Assembly (NCBI GenBank): GCA_013239625.1
Contig: MU053559.1
Span: 1,813,003 to 1,839,788, forward strand
Reading direction: 5' to 3'
From: Lama guanicoe
Lineage: Eukaryota
Length of the DNA: 26,786 bases
Positions 24,553-26,786 of this stretch are shown here, piece after piece. Made by a program: the position numbers and the translations under genes. Each line of letters begins with the position of its first letter. Position 1 is the first letter of the stretch. The notes below the pieces were generated by a model. That model was not told the origin of the DNA. It worked only from the letters and a program-made list of their open reading frames with translations, and did not search any database.

Positions 24553-24589
24553 GAGCACACAGTCTCCAGGAGAACACCCACTCCCCACC

Positions 24590-25345
24590 TTTTTTTTAAA
24601 TTGTTTTTACCTGTTGTATTTTCTATTACCTTTTTAATTTTTACTTTTTAAACAATTACATATCCCCCCAGTTTTAATCCCTTTTAAATTTTTCTTTTAA
24701 AATATTATTTAAAAAAATCCATGGCACGTAATTTTTCTCTCTCTTGGTTTTGATCTCCTCTTATTGATTATAAACTTGATTATATTACTTTTTCCTCTTT
24801 TCTCCTTTTTTAAAGGTTTTTAAGAGATGTCTCAACCCGATGCTATTCTGCTTCAACTTGCTCTTCAATTATTCATTATAAAATGTTTTCAAACCTTTTC
24901 TCCTCCCCTTTTCCAAAATTCTCTCTTTATCATACCTTTTTTTAATCTGTTCTATTTTTTATTACATTTTTAAATTTCTACTTTCTAAACAATTGTATAT
25001 GCTTCTAGTTTTAACTCCTTTTTAAATTTTTCTTTCTAAACAATTGTATATGCTTCTTTTAATTCCTTTAAAATTTTTCTTTTAAAGTAGTTATATTACT
25101 TTTTTTTAAAAATCCACCTGATTTCATTTTCATTTATTTTGGGTTTGATCTCCTGTTATTGATTATAAATAGGTTTCAAATATCATTTTTTGATATTGTT
25201 CCTTTTTTTAAAGGGCTTTTAAAAAGATGTCTCAACTCAAATGCTAGTATGATTCAAATTGCACTTCTGTAATCGATTATACACTGTTTTCAAACCTTTT
25301 TTCACCCTTCTTTTAAACATCTCTTTCTCTCTCTCTCCTTTTTTT
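24590..25345 (+). repeat. Two diverged T-rich tandem copies (about 350-400 bp each) in the L1 5'UTR
   Basis: aaacaatt, aaaatcca, tttgatctcct.ttattgattataaa, agatgtctcaac and tgttttcaaaccttt occur in the same order in about 24590-24940 and 24941-25345. Confidence 0.85.
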
Positions 25346-25452
25346 ATTTTTTAAGTTTTATTCGTACATAGGCATTAGATAGATAAATAAATAAACTCCT
25401 TTAAGGACCACAATAGATAAATGATCTCCATAAGCCACAGTGCCAGAGAGAT

Positions 25453-26356
25453 ATGAGCAAGATGAAGAAGCAGAGAAACCATTCCCAATTAAAAGAACAA
25501 GAGAAATCCCTTGAAAGAACAATCAATGAAATAGACATCAATAGCCTACTAGATGAAGATTTCAAAAAAGGAGTGATCAAAGTATTGAAGGAACTAAAAG
25601 AGATAGTGTTTAGAGATACAAAATATGTCAAAAATGAAATCGAAGCTATAAAGAAGAGCCAAGTAGAATTGGTAAACTCACTGGCTGAGATGAGAATGGA
25701 TCTAAAGGCTGTGCAAAGCAGACTAGATAATGCAGAGGAACAAATTAGTGACCTAGAAGACAGGACAACAGAAAGCACCCCATCAGAACAACTGCAAGAT
25801 AAACAAATAAAAACAAATGAAAGCAACATAAGGGACCTGTGAGATAATATAAAGTGTGCCAATCTTCGCATAATAGGGGTCCCATAAGGGGAAGAAAGAT
25901 CAAAGGGGATTGAAAAGGGTTTTGAAGAAATCATGACTGAAAACTTCCCAAACTTAAAGAAGGAATCAGATATCCAAGTACAGGAAGTTCAAAGGGTCCC
26001 AAACAGGAAGAACCCAAACAGACCCACACCAAGACATATCATAATCAAGATGGCCAAAGTCAAGGAATAAAGAAATGATCCTAAAGGCAGCAAGAGAAAA
26101 GCGAAGAGTGAGTTACAACGGAACACCCATAAGGCTCTCAGCTGATTTCTCTACACAAACACTATGGGCCAGAAGGGAGTGGCAAGATATACTCAAAGTC
26201 CTGAATGAAAAAAAGATGCAGCCTAGGATACTTTATCCAGCAAGGCTATCCTTTAGGATAGAAGGAGAGATAAAGAATTTCACAGACAAGTGAAAACTAA
26301 AAGAGTTTAGCAACACTAAACCCATGCTAAAAGAAATATTGAAAGGTCTACTCTAA
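25453..26356 (+). pseudogene. L1 ORF1p, inactivated
   Basis: Coiled-coil N-terminus, NLRIIGVP, RPTPRHIIIK, ILKAAREK, PIRLSADFS, ARREW, YPARLSF; stops at 25840-25842, 25885-25887 and 26291-26293, +1 frameshift near 26066; native stop 26354-26356. Confidence 0.95.
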
Positions 26357-26682
26357 ATAGAAAAGCAGCAGGATGCTACAGAAATGAGAAACTCATAAAT
26401 GGAAAGGTGGTAACTCATGAATTACAAATAAACACGAAATTGTAAAAGAAGACATCGAAATCATTAAGAGTGGGAGAGGGAAGCAAGAAAATACAGAGTA
26501 TTTTTTTTCTTTCTTTTTAAAATTTTTTGTTTTCGGTAGGATGGGTTTGAGATATAGTAACGGGCTAATAGACTTACAGAAAAGGGTAACCACAAGCCAA
26601 AAACTTACAAGGGAGTCACAAAAACTAAATAAAATCCATGATAATACAAAGGAAAATTAACAATTCAACTGATAAGTTCAAA

Positions 26683-26786
26683 ATGGCAATAAACACACAT
26701 CAATCATTAATTACTGTAAATGTTAATGGACTAAATGCTCCAGTCAAAAGACACAGAGTGGCAGACTGGATAATAAAGCAAAGCAA
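26683..26786 (+). pseudogene. Start of L1 ORF2p (APE endonuclease N-terminus), cut by the window end
   Basis: MAINTHQSLITVNVNGLNAPVKRHRVADWIIK; whether it stays open beyond the window is unknown. Confidence 0.9.

Larger units (their letters stand above)
22674..26786 (+). mobile_element. Young lineage-specific L1, 5' part (5'UTR, ORF1, inter-ORF spacer, ORF2 start), in the ZNF674 intron and antisense to the gene; runs off the window
   Basis: 5' end ggaggagacaaggccaagatggcagagtag with YY1-type site after an A-rich target; GC-rich then T-rich 5'UTR; recognisable ORF1 and ORF2. Confidence 0.92.

Noticed and set aside
24200..24577. ORFs full of X residues
   Set aside because: Artefacts of the N gap
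25401..25934. 177-aa minus-strand ORF
   Set aside because: Antisense shadow of the A-rich L1 ORF1, Ser/Leu/Phe-biased

Overview
Mammalian genomic DNA, most likely camelid (three tRNA-Ala-derived Vic-1-like SINEs), from a KRAB zinc-finger locus. The only clearly intact coding sequence is the last exon of ZNF674 on the minus strand (20570-19072; 11 intact C2H2 fingers in a 4+7 arrangement). Facing it tail-to-tail on the plus strand is a decayed KRAB gene made of a CpG-island first exon (donor 5145), an ATG exon encoding MALSQ (10354-10397) and a KRAB-A exon with compensating frameshifts and no donor (16969-17089); by position it resembles human KRBOX4/ZNF673. A second, heavily degenerate zinc-finger exon lies at about 560-1330. 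The rest is interspersed repeats: solo ERV LTRs, MER21, MLT1, MER20, MIR, L2, L1 fragments, and the 5' part of a young L1 (22674 to window end) with a second L1 3' fragment nested in its 5'UTR across an assembly gap. I see no clearly new biological system. The most interesting lead is an antisense ORF in the L1 5'UTR whose splice donor is in phase with the ZNF674 finger exon, which would give an ORF0-like, KRAB-less fusion. Repeat family names and gene identities come from recalled similarity, not from searches.
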